Notes: generated from the sequence alone by a model not told the origin. Positions 24,202 to 40,570 are shown, counted from the stretch's first letter. The stretch: 64,000 bases of DNA from Azolla caroliniana (GCA_043228905.1 JBHGNT010000004.1:2108001-2172000); one strand, 5' to 3'. Made by a program: numbers and translations.

Positions 24202-27200
24202 ATGGTGCTCTGGGAGATCGCTCTAGCGACAGCTTACTGGTTAGGGATCCGCAGAACATACCGCCTCTCTCTCAAGCTCCAGCGACGCCTCATTGGTCCC
24301 AATCATGTCCGTGTTCGCGACTTTCTGCACAGGTAATTAATCATTCATCTTCTCCAATGTCATTAGGCTTTCTTATCGCGTGTCTCTTTTCTGCTCCCTC
24401 TTTCTCTCTCTCTCTCTCTGTATCTTTGTTATTTCTTCTCTTGATTCTCCCCGATATGGAAAATGATATTCGGTTATTCAAGTGAAGCTTAGAGAATAAT
24501 TCCTGCACAAGAAATTAGGGATTTCTCATCGTTTTTCCCCGTGTGTGTTTTCCTTCCTCACTTGACGCATTTTGCGAGAGAACAAAACTAAGAGATGTTT
24601 TAAGCTTTTACTCGTATCTCTCTTTGTCCTCTCTGGATCTTTTTTTAGAAAAACTCCAGATTTGGAGTAAAACGTGTAACTATACATGTAGAGAAGAAAC
24701 AAGATAAATCCATGCCTTGAAAAAACACATATCTGGTTTTTTATCGGAAGAAAATCTGAAACTATGCAACTATGAGAGAAAGGAGACAGAACTAAGACTT
24801 TCGGCAAAGGTTGTTTTTCTTCTGATCCTTTCTCTCTTCATTTTTTTCCCCTTTTTTCCATCCTTTCTGAGATGACAAATATACACAACTCTTTCTCTCT
24901 TCTGTGGTTCTTCCTTGGAAGAAAATATAGAGCTATACAGATGAACAAGAAACAAACATTTAAGCATTTCTCCACAAGTTAGGAATAGAAGTCATCTTTA
25001 TAATCATGGTTTGTCTCATATGGCGATTTTGGCATCTAGTAGACCTTGATGTATCTTGGGAAAAACATGCTTACTGCTTCAAATAAACTTGGGTAAAAAC
25101 CGTTGTATTCATGAGTTTGTCTTAATTTCTCCAAATTCCCTTGAAGAATGAAAAAGGGACAAATGTACCTATCGTCACTCAAATAGCACATATATTTGTG
25201 AGAAAGGTGATGAATTGACCTTATAGTTGCTCAAATAGCAGAGTAACTCGGGGTTATCAGGGAATTAAAGAATAACTTGGGTATTTCAGATTTTTTCCCA
25301 ATATTGCATATTGCCAGATTCCTTGGTTGTTATTATATTAAATAGTTTCTTTTAATACACAAATCAGAGCTTGAGTTTAATCTTCAGTTTGGTCTTTCAT
25401 TGCAAGATATATAAAACTTTAAAGACATTCAGATTACAGACATTCTTTTAACAGACCAATGAGAGCTTGTATTACAAACTTTCTTTTAGCAGAACGAAAG
25501 CTTGAATCCAGTTTTCGATTTGGTCTTCCATTGCAAGATTTTAAATCTTTATATCACTTACATCCGTGTAAATAGTTTCTTTTAATACACAAATCAGAGC
25601 TTGAGTTTAATCTTCAGTTTGGTCTTTCATTGCAAGATATATAAAACTTTAAAGACATTCAGATTACAGACATTCTTTTAACAGACCAATGAGAGCTTGT
25701 ATTACAAACTTTCTTTTAGCAGAACGAAAGCTTGAATCCAGTTTTCGATTTGGTCTTCCATTGCAAGATTTTAAATCTTTATATCACTTACATCCGTGTA
25801 AAACCATAACCCAAGAGCCTAGTGATAAGCTTCAAACTTGGATAATTTGAGGAATATTAGGCATCTAAAGCATAACAGTGGTAAAGAAGGAAGGAAACCA
25901 TGCTTCAGATGCATTGTTCCTCTCTGATCAAACGTTTTTAAGAAGAATTTAATTTTTATTTATTTCTAAGCATGGAGAATGATGTGTATCCTGTTAAATA
26001 GATAATGCTAACAATGTTCTCATTTAGGAAAATCGTAATTTGGAAGAGCGTAAAATTGAAATGAAGTATTCTTCACGATAGGTAGCAAGTGTGTGGGAAA
26101 AAATCGGAATTCGAAGCTTAACACTGGAAAAGAAGTGAGGGCAGTATACCTCTCTGATCAAATGTTTCATTGAAAGAAAGTATTTCATATTTGCTGTCAA
26201 ACTTCCTTTGTATTAAAGCTTTCTTTGACAGACCAATGAGAGGTTGAAATTTGATCTTTTGTCTTGCTCTCAGCTTCAAGTTATATCACAGTTTACAACA
26301 TAATTTGTAGTGAAGTTATATACCTCCCGTAAAACCTAAACATTAGAAATATATGAAGTTTGACATTAGTATTGGAAGAAATAAATCTTAATCGTTTTGG
26401 TGTCAACTGAAACATTGATATTCCATCCTTGGGAATTAAAGCACAATCGCAAAGGTATTGTAATCTCTATTCTGACACTGGAAATATTTTGAAATGCAAC
26501 ATAAGGAATGCATATCCCTACACCATTAGTTTTTCTATTATTATATGTCGTGTGAACATGTTTTCTATTAGTAATTTGAACGTGTTTGAGAATCAATCTT
26601 AAATACTTAATATCATTTATCTTATCATTGAGTAGGAATAGGTTAAATACTAAATTTCACAAATCCATTGTAGTTTCCAGTGTAATGACCTGGATTCCAG
26701 TGTCAAAACTTATTGTTAAGGTTCAATTTTCATACCTATCCTTCTGAATTTATAGGACAATGATAAGTGAACCTCCATGAGAAGATAAGGCTAGGCTTAT
26801 GCAATGTATTTTTTTGCAGAAGATGTATTTTCTTCTGTGTCTTAATTTAAGTGTTTTCTTTCCTGTTTCCCATCTTCTCTACAGGCGGACTCGAAATATA
26901 TTTGATGTTGCGCTAAGTGTTCATAAAGGGATCCAGCAACGTGATTTATCAGCTGGGAAAAACGTTGGCAATTTCATCCTAAGATTTTTAGACCGAGCAA
27001 GGCCATCAGCAAATATAAGAGGATCATGTGCCAAAATAAAAGATGTCGGTAGAGTGAAGGATGATAATAGAACAACAGGAAATTTACCCATTATGAAGTC
27101 AACTCAATCTGAAGTTAACAAACATCTCTTTTCTCGACATGACCTGAATGGATCTCAGCTTGGTTCACAATTAAGTAATCGATATATTGTTGGAACGGTT

Positions 27201-27356
27201 TGTCCAGGAAGTCAGAATACATTGAAATCTGCTCCAGGAGCTAGATCTTTCTTCACCTTAGTTCATGGAATGGATATAACTTTTCCTTCACCTAGGTTGT
27301 TGCCAGCAAAGAGCATTTTTCGAGAGGATATTGCACAATGGATGATAAAAAAATGA
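24202..27356 (+). CDS. Conserved land-plant protein of unknown function (200 aa, 2 coding exons)
   Basis: Exon 1 24202-24332 (MVLWEIALATAYWLGIRRTYRLSLKLQRRLIGP...) splices in phase (AG|G) to exon 2 26885-27356 (RTRNIFDVALSVH..IQQRD...FREDIAQWM). Resembles the plant MVLWEITLGTAYFLG family. Confidence 0.85.
25340..25802. repeat. 230-bp perfect tandem duplication in an intron
   Basis: AATAGTTTCTTTTAATACAC...CATCCGTGTA starts at 25341 and 25571. Confidence 0.95.
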
Positions 27357-30300
27357 ACTAAAGATATGATCATATTACAAAATTTGAGTTGTCTAGGTTT
27401 GGTTATATGCAGTAAAAATGATGTGATTTCATGGAAGATATCCTGAACGGGCTTTGTTTGGAGAGTTGTAAGTTCCTTGAACCAGGAAAGGATGGCTACA
27501 AAAACATGCACAGCATTTCGGCTGTCAGTTTTTTGTCATAAAAATGGGTAAGAGTACTCTACTGCGGAGATATTTTACCAATCAAGTGCTTGTTATTCAA
27601 TGCAGCATTGTATATTGAGAACTAAAATAATAAGCGTCTTATGGTTAAGGAACTGTAAAATAAATAAAGAGTTAACTAATTCGACCACAACCTTCAAATG
27701 CCAATGTTTATATTGTCATGTTTAATGATGCTAGGTGTATTTTAATTTTGGAAACACTCCAAAATTCCGATTCGTTATATATTTCACAAAATGCCCCTAT
27801 GCATTTGTTATTTTGACAGATGCCCTTGGCCAAGCAGCAGAACAATTTTATGAGTTAATTTGTTCAACTACATATGCTGTTTTGAGTGTGTATATAATCA
27901 GTTCATCTCTCTTTCTTCTGTCTGTATCAGAGGTATCAACAAGGGTGTTTTGGAATATAGCAAGAACTCGGCAATTGTAGTAACAATGAAAAACATGTCG
28001 TTCCTTGTCTTTGTTCTAACTTCTGATGATTAATTGTTTACAAATAATAAATTAGTTCATATATGCATGTAATATTGTGGTATGACTTCAGGTAATTAGT
28101 GATGAATGTTCACAATTATTATTATTATCATCTCTTCAATGACCAATTTCATATGAACTTACGATATTCTTTTACATCGTTCTCAAATCTATTGCTGTGA
28201 TGCATTGCTTTTCAATATGTCCTTGCTTCCCACTCAAATTTAAACTACCCTTTGGAATGTATCTAAATCAACTTCACTTAAATTAAAACATTTTTTGAGA
28301 AGCAAACCACAGCTCTAGGCGTATGCATTTGTAACATTCTTATAACTTCATTGCCTTTCATCTCGTAAAATTCTGAATTGTGCTACATGTGGTTGTGATT
28401 GGAAAACTAAATGAAAGCCTTGTCTTCAGTCTTAGTCATTGAATTGTTAGTTGGTTCATACATGCATATTGTTTGCAGCATCATATTGTTTAGTCACTAG
28501 TGCATTATCACTTTGCTATTTCTCAGTCTCTTGCCCATATCTACCTTGAATGGAATTTGCCACCCGCTTAGTGTATATTCTCAAGTAGCCCAAATAGTCA
28601 ATGCTGTATTGTCGAGTGACAAAACATCAAAATATGATTTAACTCTTTAGGACTGAACTAGACCTTAAATCCAATGTGAAAACATTGGCTCGATAGTGAA
28701 CAAACTTCATATGGCAATTTGGTTGTTATAAACTATTATTGCTATATCAACTAAATTTAAACATATAAAGTTGGGGTAGGTCTTTTCTTGGTGAAGAGTT
28801 GAAGTTTTGATTTAATAAAGCAACAAAATGTTTTTGCGTGGTCATTGAATGCAAGAAAGGGCATATCCATGGCTCACATGGATATTCTAAGAAGGAAAAA
28901 AGTCTATTCTTGAACTATACGTTTCCGAATGGTACTTTTTAAAGCCATAATGTGGAGAGATTAATTTAACAATAAAAAAACAATGAGAAATGTTGCTCAG
29001 GCTCTCAGCAATTTGCTTTTATGTACTTGGTCATGATTCCTACAACCTGAGAGTCAATGAATGTGTCTTAATGCTAATTAATTGTGGACTTACTCTATAT
29101 ACATAAATTATGTATAAAATGAGATAAAAAGTGTATCATCTTTGATTGACACAAGTGCTGTAAAGTACATTAGTTCATCCACTACAGGTTGTATTGCTTC
29201 ATACTTGGAATATCTTTAAAGGAAGAGTGATCTTAAGTACGATCACTTATCCACTTTAAATAATGTTGCTTAGCGCTAGGACTATCTTTATTTAAGGTGA
29301 AGAGCCGTGTTAGATTATATCGAGTTGCTGTAGTCATCATAACATGAGTTGAAATTAAACTAGCATTATCTCCAAATGGATGAGGGTTCCTTTCTATAAG
29401 CTTTAATAAGTGGCAATTGGCACCATTTTTTCCAACACTAAAAAATGTGATCCTAAACTTGGGTAGTATCTCTTTCATTTATGTTATAAAGAAAATCACA
29501 AATCTTGTAAATAGGGTTGGTAAATTTGAAACCACTCAATTCATTAATTATGTTAAGGATGTAATCATCATGTGGGCCAAATTGGAGAAGAAGCCCAAAT
29601 CCATGGATGAGGTTGAGTTGTGTACTCAATCATAGACATGACCAACTGATATAAACATAGATGTGGGGCATGAAGTTGAACATTGAGATTAGCACCTCAA
29701 CCAAGGCTTTAGTAAAATTATTGAGTCTTTTTTACATCTAATGAAGATGATGACACCAAAACATATCCCCTTCTTCAATATGGGACAATCCTAGAACAAA
29801 CGTGTGCACATAATTAGTTATAGGACAAAAGATATCATCTAAAACAAGACAATCACTTCATGTATCCCCATTCGTCTAATCATGAGAAGTGCATAGGAAG
29901 ATTGGCGTGTTCCTAAATAGTTGCAAATGAATTTGATTTTTGGATCATGGCAGAGACATAGACTTTTAAAAGCCTTCAATCAAACACCTACGTGATAGAT
30001 TGATTTAGGCTTCATTCTATCTCATTAAGGGCAGTAGAAATAAGTTTTATTAAGGGAGATCAAACTTACAAAATAGACCCATCACCATCAAGGGAGGGGA
30101 TATATCATTCATGCCCAAGGGAAATTGAGAAATGTGACTCAGCCCACCATCACAACGTTTAAGAGCATTTATTGATGATGTAATGGCAGCCTCAGGCACA
30201 TTTATAAATGCAATGATCGATTTCCCTTGGAAGTGAGAAGTATCGATTCAATATTGGTTGAAATCATATTCCATTGAGTTCCTTAATTTATGCAACGCTT

Positions 30301-32169
30301 TTGCCATCTGGTATTGATGTGTGTTATTTCTCATATGTAAGGCACTAAGACATTAGGAAATGAGGTCAGGAATTGCCTACATATGAAAATGGGTAGTAAT
30401 GAATAAAACGTTTGAATTGGTGTTTCATTTATGCATGCACATTCGCAAATTGCGACCCCATTTCTTTTCTTTTATTTTTATTAAAAGGATTCCTGGATTT
30501 ATTTATCTTTATATGTAGACATAAATCATGCGAGTGGAGCTTATTGAATGAGAAAATGGAGGATAGGATGTCTTTTTTCCAACTATATAAAAAACAATGA
30601 ATGAAAGATTCTAAAATTCGTTGCTTTTGAGATTAGGATTTGACTCGCACGTGTCTAACAAAACACCACTCTGATCAGTTTTAACTATTTAATTATTGCA
30701 ATATTTGGAGTTTGACAAAAATTTAGGTTGTTTAGGTGGCTACCAAACTTTTGAGCTCATTTTTAGGTATTAAATTCACTTGTGAATTGTGGCCCCATAA
30801 GAATTCAGTTCCACATTTTCATTTGCTTATGCACTTGTTCCATGACGTTTATAGGCATTTTGGGCCTTTTGAGCTCATTTTCAGAATCAAACTCACTTGG
30901 AATTGTTCCCAATTGAGAATTTACTTCCAAAATGATGTTCATGCCAGATCATTATCACATCGAAAATATGATAAGTATTAAGCACTATAGAAGATCCATG
31001 TAAACATTTCCCCCAAGCTTATTTGTACATGCATTACTTATCTTGGTGTCCAATAAATTGCAATCATTTGTGTGCTTGGATCAATATCTACAACCATTTT
31101 TTCGTATGCAAGAAACATATACGGCCACTTGTTTGATTTTGTCAAAATAAAGTGTCAAAATAGTAAAACCCTCAAGAAAATAATCGCTTCCAAGAAAGTT
31201 TGTTAGGCTAGGACTTAATCACATGGTAAAATGAAGAAAATGTTATGTTCATAGAGTCATATTCTTCTAATGGTCAAAACACGATCATTCACTTGTTGCC
31301 TTATGACATCCAAACACTGATTTGTTTTATCATAGCTGATCCTCATGCAATATAGTGTAAGTGCTGATCTTGCAAATTGCCTGCTGATCTAGCATGTTAG
31401 CATTGTAAGCATATTACACGTTCAAGCAAGCATGGAACATTTTAGGTGGTCTTGCATGTCACCTTGTAGGCTTAGATGGTCTTCTAGTAATAAAACATCA
31501 AACTTATCACTTTCTCATGCGACATGTGCATAATGTGTCCGACAACCTTTGACACTCTCTCTATTCATAGGAGGGAAGAAAAAGAGCCCTCTCATTTATT
31601 AATGTCCTCTACACCCTCTCTCAATAAACTAATCAAAGACATCAACTATTTCAAATAGAGGGGATGATGATGTCTACCAACGTTGGTTTGATGCCCTAGT
31701 GACAAATAATCCCTTCTAATAGACAAACACACAAGCAAAATAGGGATCGAGTGAATGAAACAAAATAGAGAACATGTCAAATATCTCCATCACCATCAAC
31801 ACACACACATTGGTGTGGAGTTATTAGATCCATTAGTTTTAAATGGTGAAGAATGCAAAATACAGTTTCTATAGACAATACATTGAAGGGCATATAATTG
31901 AAAAATCTATGGATGCTCTAGTAATTAACACGAAAGACTGGCATATAGAGCTTTCCATGATTCATAGATGAGACCATTATACATTGGCATCATAATCATC
32001 AACAATGCCATGAGTCTTAAGACTTTGAAGGAAGTGTAAAGAGCATATAAAACCCATGCTCAAGAACTAAGAAAACATGAGTCTTGTCATTGAATGATTT
32101 TCCCATGGCAACATGCTTCCAACTCAATTTTTATTTCATTTTCTCCTCGCCTTCATAATAAGGTAGGTG

Positions 32170-33423
<1,254 letters not shown>

Positions 33424-36400
33424 TCAGTCAGGGAAGCTTTAAGGTGTGAAAAAGAAGGGAAGAGGCAGGGGAGACGAGAAGGTGAGGGAGATAGAGAAGA
33501 GAAGAGATAGGAAAAGGGGTTTTAAATGAGGTCCATCCATTTTGGTCATATGTATGTGTGTATGTATGTATGTACATACTTAAAAGTAATGTGTATTTGT
33601 GGTAGTGATGAAGAAGAAAAAGACGAAAAAAGAAGAAGCCCTAAGCCATCCCTACCCTAAATGTAGATGTGGCCAAAAATGAGAGTGTACATCCTTTCCT
33701 TATTGAACTCCTCATCTTTGCCTATTGGCCACCCTACCATGTCCCACTAAACCCTAGACACAAACAAAGAGACACAAACGACAAAGACGTGTACGCACAT
33801 GCACACAGACACAGACACAGACAATACCGACATATAGAGATAGATAGATAGATATTCTTTTAATGTCCACCGATTCCGATCTATGAGACCGGGCCTAGCC
33901 CATGGCGAGGTTCAAACCTGGGGCCTCTCAAATTATATATGGCTTAGAATGCACCCACAAAACACGTGCTCATTATCAATCTTTATCGAGAGAGCAAACA
34001 CCTAGATTTAGCTCATCATTTCTTGGACATGATAAATTTCCGCAAAGCTATGGCACGAGTGTTGGTCCCGGGGGAGAGTTTACGAGATTATTAAGGGTTC
34101 GTGGTGTTTGTCTTTCTATTGTTTCGATGCTTCACCTGTATGTATAGGATTTCTCGAGCATGTTCGTGTGAACAACATGTGAGACTTGTGAAAAGTGATT
34201 AGACCAATTTAATGCTTTGGTGGTCTCCCACTCCATACAAGTTTATTGTCTCAAGCCTTGCAAAAAATGTTGGTCACCTCATCAATCTTGGTTGATAGAC
34301 ATGAAATGAGAAACTACATTACCATAATTGTCAGTCACATCAATTCTACCGTGAGTTACATGCCACTCATGCTAGATTGATGGTAATATGAGCACCGATC
34401 CTCAAGAAATTGCCGATAATTGTACTCATTACCAATTAGTTTTTAAGGCTTTTGTTTAGCAACTAAAAAGTCCGGTTACTATATTGTTTCGGGAAGTGTG
34501 GAGTCCTACTAAGATGCCCAATTCACGGAAATTTCATCTCATCAAGCTTTTACCAAATTTGCCTCAACAATGTTTATTGCTCAATAGAGACTAATATCAT
34601 TGATGTGTGTGTGTGAGTCTAGGTGTTCACACCGAGTGCAGTCTTCATAATGATGGAGTTGTCTCTCCACGCAAGTAACGTTGGCTAAGGGGTTTGGACC
34701 TCAAATTACCCTATTGGTGGCAAGCCGAGCAAGAGTGGTTGTCACCCACTCTCGAGTCGCAACCTCCCTTAAACCTAATCCTAAGCACACTCACTCGTCT
34801 CTATTAGCATTATTAACCTCGCTAAGAAGTTGACTATTACCCTAGAGGTCTTTAATAATAGTGAATACATACGATACCAAATATTCACAAAGGGATTACA
34901 AATGTAGGTGCGTCTTGATTAGTAAAAGGTATACACCACACACATACAATAGGAAGAAGTTATTAGAGTTTGGTGAGTACCACTTATCCCTAAGCACTCA
35001 ACTTACACTAAATGTGTGTGTGTGAGAGAGAGAACTCTAGCTTGTATTCTAAAAGGGGCCCAAATATTAGAGTAAAAAAGTTAGAATGGTGATTTTATAG
35101 CTCTTTTACAAAGACATTGTCCCCTTTCACACTAGGGTTATCTTTTGGCCTAAAGCTCTAGAGTACTTTTTGTTCTATTCATTCCCCTTTTTATGTTTAG
35201 TCCTTTGTTCGCTAGTGCCAATGCCTTGTGGGTTAAGCTACACTTGATAGGACTTAAGGTTTATGGTATCTCTATGGATCTAACAAAGGGTCTAACTATT
35301 CTTGACTAGCATGAAAACATTATCTGAGCAATGTTTTCTTGCAATTTGTAGGTTTCTACAACCTCCTCAATATTTATTTGAAGATAGAATTATCTCTCAC
35401 ACAACTTACGCATGAGAACCGACTATTTACATGTCCATTTCAAGTACAACGAAAGTGTTTGAAAACTAAAAAGTGAGCATGTAATATTAATGCCCATTTT
35501 GATCGGCATTGAACTATCCAAGCCATTTTTCATGGTTAAGTACCTCATGTACGTTGCGATTCCCATTCCTTCCAACGACATCACAATGGCATTGGTAGTA
35601 AAAGAACAATTATAGAGGCAAGAAAAGAAGGCAAAAAACAAGATTGAAGAGAGACAAAGACTTATTGGACATTATAATGTGAAAGGGCCCAAATAATATA
35701 AATGATTGTTTGGGACCATCTATTCAATAATCTCACTATATTTTGATCCTATTGGTGACCATGGATTTCATGATTGTGTCATTCTTAATTTAACTATCTC
35801 CCTTATTTGCCAAAACATATTATTTTACAACTCATGAGTGGTTGAACGGATAATCAAGGAACTTCACTATTATTGGGTTTTTTTATCGCCTGGATTATTT
35901 GATGACAACATACATTCCATGCCCACTAAATGTTGGGTCATGACTTGTGCTAAAGAAACTAGAAGGCTTGTGTTTAAGCCTACCTCAAACTTGCAATTAA
36001 CCTAATTGAAAAACTTGTGCAAGTAAGTGAGCAAAGCTTATTATTGAATGTCCCAACAAACGGTTGAAACAAGGTCTTATGAGAAACCAAGTTGCATGAA
36101 ATAACTTGTTGCATCAACTTATCGAGTTCATGAACAGAGACGTATAGAGTTTTTGGGCAATTGGCAAGTAACAAGGTTGAAAATGTGTTGTCAAATTCGC
36201 ACGTTGTTTTCCACCTTGGAGAATAATTAACTGTACACTCCATCATATTCAAAAGGTCACTCTTTAGACCAAATGATATCCACGTGCCTGCCACGTAATT
36301 TAAAACTATTTGAGGTTGCTCTAGAGATCAATTTGCGTGACCATTATTGAATTTGAATCAGTCAAGTTGCTTATCAAGCAAGCTACTCAATAAGCTACAC

Positions 36401-38773
36401 ATCGAAGCAATTACTCAAGCTAGTTCCTTGTTTGAGTAGTTGAACTCAAACAAGCTCCACTTGGAGCATTGCTCGTTGGAGTGCGGCTACTCAGGAGCAC
36501 ACTTTGACTCAAATAGTTTATTGCTCTTGTACACCAAACCTCTTCCACTAGCATATAACCTTCAAAGAGCCTCACACATGCAAATTACGCTTTCCTCCCT
36601 TTTCCACGCGTCTTCCCACCCTTCACTTCCCGTAAAAAAAAACATTTACACATACTCTTACATGTACCGACACATGCATATACATTCCCATATCTAAACA
36701 CATACAAATTCTCACATACATACAAATTTGCATAAAATGTTTCACATAAAAATAAATACAAATTCTCACATAAAACTATATATAAACACAAACACACACC
36801 ATACCATTTATATTCCATACCATTTATATTCATACTTATTTACAAGCAATCAAACAAAAGTATTCTCAAATTCGTGGACACTTATGTGCACATCTTCATA
36901 TATAAAACAACACACTCTATAGATTATTAGAACCTTAATGATGTATTCATGGCAAACCTCTTATCTTTCCTAGATGACAACCCCATGCTTCCACTCGAAT
37001 TTTGACACCTTTGTCACAATTTTTTGTGACAAAGGTTTGGAAATAAAGGTGAAAGCTCAACATTTAGCCCTGCAATCAATCAATAATTCCCAATCAAATT
37101 ATGCCCTTCTTTACTTGTTTGTTCCATCCCTAGATTGACGAACATAGTTGCATCTACCAACACTAGTTTTAAAAGCAAGCGATGCACTTTGCATTGATTC
37201 CTACAGTTCTAGTAATAATTGTGCTACAAAATTTAACAATATTTGCTTTGATCAAGTGAGGGAGCATACAATCTAGGGCCAACTCCGCGTTTGAGCGTTT
37301 TTAGAAGAGGGAAGTCGATGTTTGAGTTACCTACTTTCCCCCATCATTAAGAAATTTTAATTAGAAAAATCTATATGTCCATCGTAAGAAGTGCATAATA
37401 TTGGATATAAGGTGACATCAATCCTATCGAGCAAATATATGGGTGGATGTGTATGTTGTAAAATGTGTGCCTATCCTCAACAATCAAGCAACCCAAATAT
37501 CCGCCTAAACTGCATGATGATAATTTGTCCTCCCACTACAACCCATGGACCCATGAAGCTCACAAACAACTGTCCCCATTTGCAAGGCATATCAATTTTG
37601 TTCCTTCCTTGCTCCAAAGACGAGGGATGTGTTGGGTTCGAAATCATGAGATAGTCCTCCCTTTGTTTTAACTTTCTATTGACCTATTGCTCTATTTATG
37701 TTTTATCTTTCTTGTTTATCTCCTTTTCAAAATTTCCATGTATTTTCTTGATTTATTTTATGTTTATTTCTACTTTCTCGTCATTCCACTAGTTTTTTTC
37801 CCTCTTATGTTACTCGTTCTCTGCTAGCTTACCCCATCCATATCTATTTCTCTTTTATATTGGTCTTTCTATTACCTTTAAGTTGTGTCCCGATCTTCTC
37901 TAATATAGTATGCACTAACTTCAACACCATTGTTATGCATGCAATAACCCTTGATGGGAGTCATCTTCAACCTCAATAAAGGCCAAAGGAGATGCCAATT
38001 GTTAGGTCTCTAGATACATGTGTCCTACCTTCATTCTACCAATGAACTTTGAGACAATGGTTAATGCAAGATATAGCCTTTGATAATCCAAAGTAGTTTG
38101 TCAAAATTGACACGTTACTGAAAGGCATACCCTCCCCACCTCTAAATATTCAACAACTTGCTGCATAAAGAATGAAGAGGTAAAGGAATTAAGATAACGA
38201 ACTTGAAATTGCCATTTTCAATCAAATAAGGGGAATAACTCAATAAAGGAATCAAGATTTCAATGAAAGACTGAATGATGTCTCTATGGAGAGAATCAAG
38301 TATCGACAAACACGTAAAGGGAGAATCGGAGGCCCACGTTCATGTGAAGATTGTGCCTAGTAAAACTAGAGGCCCCCGTTCATTGACAACGATTATGTGA
38401 AACTCACGACATTGTTTGGCATCGTAACGGTGGAAACTTGAGCATAACCTTCTCTCCTATGTACATGTCAGTTTACATGAGCTCATAGATTGTGAGTGCC
38501 CCTCGAGTCCTAGTAAATAAGTTAACAAGCCGATTAGGCGAAGGAATATAATTATTATATAATGATGTCGATAGCATATCACAAACCTTTGAAGTCCCAC
38601 AGTTCAGTTTAGAGATTTGATTGGTGAGGAGAATGGTTTGAGACTTGAGTGATGGAAGGGGAAGGAAAATCTTAACCTAAGATTTAACCTCTCTTTTTCA
38701 TCAATGCACTCTCACCACTTAACTCTTCCTTCACTCAGAAATTTGTGTACATGTTGTGGTTGAAAGAGAAGAG

Positions 38774-40062
38774 ATGCATAAATCAATGAGTTGCTTACAC
38801 AGGCAAGTCCTTCAAGCTTTTCAGAGAGAGCGAGAGAGAGATAGAGAGCGAGTTTCCTCTGTTTCCTTCGATTTTTTTTTCTTAACTCTGTTTTTTCTCT
38901 CTCTTTCAACAGATCGCTTCATTCGTCTTTTGTATCTCTTCTTCAACATCGTGTTTTCGTCCATAGTTTTCTACAACAAAGACATTGCTCCACCCAAGAA
39001 GACCTGGAAACCCTGATTTCATCCCTTTGTGAGAAGAACAATGCTATGGACGCATTCAATCTCTTGAGCAAAATCAAGGTTAGGAATTTGTCATCCAAGT
39101 TAGATATATATAACAAGGTTTTACAAGCACTTGTAAACACTAGTAACATAGCTTTGGCATCGAAGCTCTTTGACCAAATGAAAGAAGATGTGAGTCCAAA
39201 CAAAACTACATATATGTCCTTATTTAATGCATATTGTAAAGTCGCACGAATTGAAGAAGCATGTGATCTTCTCGAGGAGATGATAATACAAAAAGGGTTT
39301 ACACTAGAAACAAATGTGCTAAATTTGCTTATTGGCGAATTTGTTAAGGCTGGAAGATGGAAGACATGTCGTCGGATACTGTTTAAGCTATGCGATATTG
39401 GCTATATACCTCCATTAGTCACATTTAACATATTTTTCAGTGGTTTATGTCGATCGGGTCTTATGCCGCAGGCATGTAAAATTCTAGATGATATGATTAA
39501 CCTAGGGTTTTCACTAGATGTATACACTTATAGTATCATGATACATACCCTCTGTAAGGCTAACAAACTGGATGAAGCCCATAGGCTATTGAAAGCAATG
39601 AGGAGTAAACGGTGCATGCCAGATGTTGTTTGCTATAGTACTGTGCTCCATGGTTATGTTAGATTAGGTAAACCAGAATCTGCTATGAGGACTATGGATG
39701 AAATGTGTGAAAATGGTTGCTTGCCAGATGTCGTGGCTTATAACTCACTTTTGAGTATGTTTTCAAAACAAGGAGATACAATCAACGCTTATGTGATATG
39801 GGATAAAATGAGTGCCAATGGTATCATTCCAGATCATATATCTTACACTTCAATGTTGGATGGTCTTTGTCGTCGAAACAAGGTAAAAGAGTGTCTGAAA
39901 CTCTTGAGAGAAATGCTGAAACGGAAGCTTATTATTGATATACCACTGCAAAGAAAGTTGTCAGAATGTATACAGAGGCATGGCATCGATGTAGAAATGA
40001 AGATTATGTTGACGGAAATCAAGGAGAATGGGCTTGACTTTGGGATCACTTGTAATTGCTAA
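38774..40062 (+). CDS. P-class pentatricopeptide repeat protein (~392 aa), probably organelle-targeted
   Basis: Tandem 35-aa PPR motifs (PDVVCYSTVLHGYV, PDVVAYNSLL, PDHISYTSMLDGLC); no E/DYW domain. Exon 1 38774-38802 joins 38913-40062 in frame through a GC-AG intron. Confidence 0.88.
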
Positions 40063-40570
40063 GCCTTTATGTATCTTAAAACAACTTTTGTTGTTTTCTA
40101 TTCCTATAAAACAAGGTAAAAGATTTTCTGAAACTCTTGGGAGAAATGCTGAAACGGAGCTTACAATTGATATACCATTGCAAAGAAAGTTGTCGGAATG
40201 TATAGAGATGCATGCTTGGGAGAAATGCTGGAACGGAAGCTTACAATTGATATACCATTGCAAAGAAAGTTGTCAGAATGTACAGAGATGCATGGCATTG
40301 ATGTGAAACCAAGGCTATATTGATGGAAATCAAGGAGAATGGGCTTGACTTTGGGATCACTTGTAATCACTAAGCCTCTGTATGTATCTTAAAACAAAAG
40401 TTTTGGAAGAAATGCCGAGATGGAAGCTTATAGATGCACAGCAACAAAAGTTTCGGAATGTATAGATGCATGGCATCAATGTGAAACCAAGGATATGTAG
40501 ATGGAAAGCAAGGAGAATGGGCTTCATATGGGACTAGTAACTGTTAAGCCTTAGTGTGTATCTTAATACA
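40063..40570 (+). repeat. Degenerate tandem copies of the PPR gene's last ~200 coding bases
   Basis: GAAATGCTG(G)AACGGAAGCTTA..ATTGATATACCA and GGAAATCAAGGAGAATGGGCTT recur at ~40143, 40222, 40325, 40408 and 40503. Confidence 0.85.

Noticed and set aside
33886-33930. tRNA-like B-box GGTTCAAACC
   Set aside because: No cloverleaf or A-box; at most a SINE or TE relic.
36640-36910. CA/TA-rich segment similar to 63380-63620 in inverted orientation, suggesting a giant TIR element
   Set aside because: Similarity is low-complexity and loose; no defined termini or TSD.
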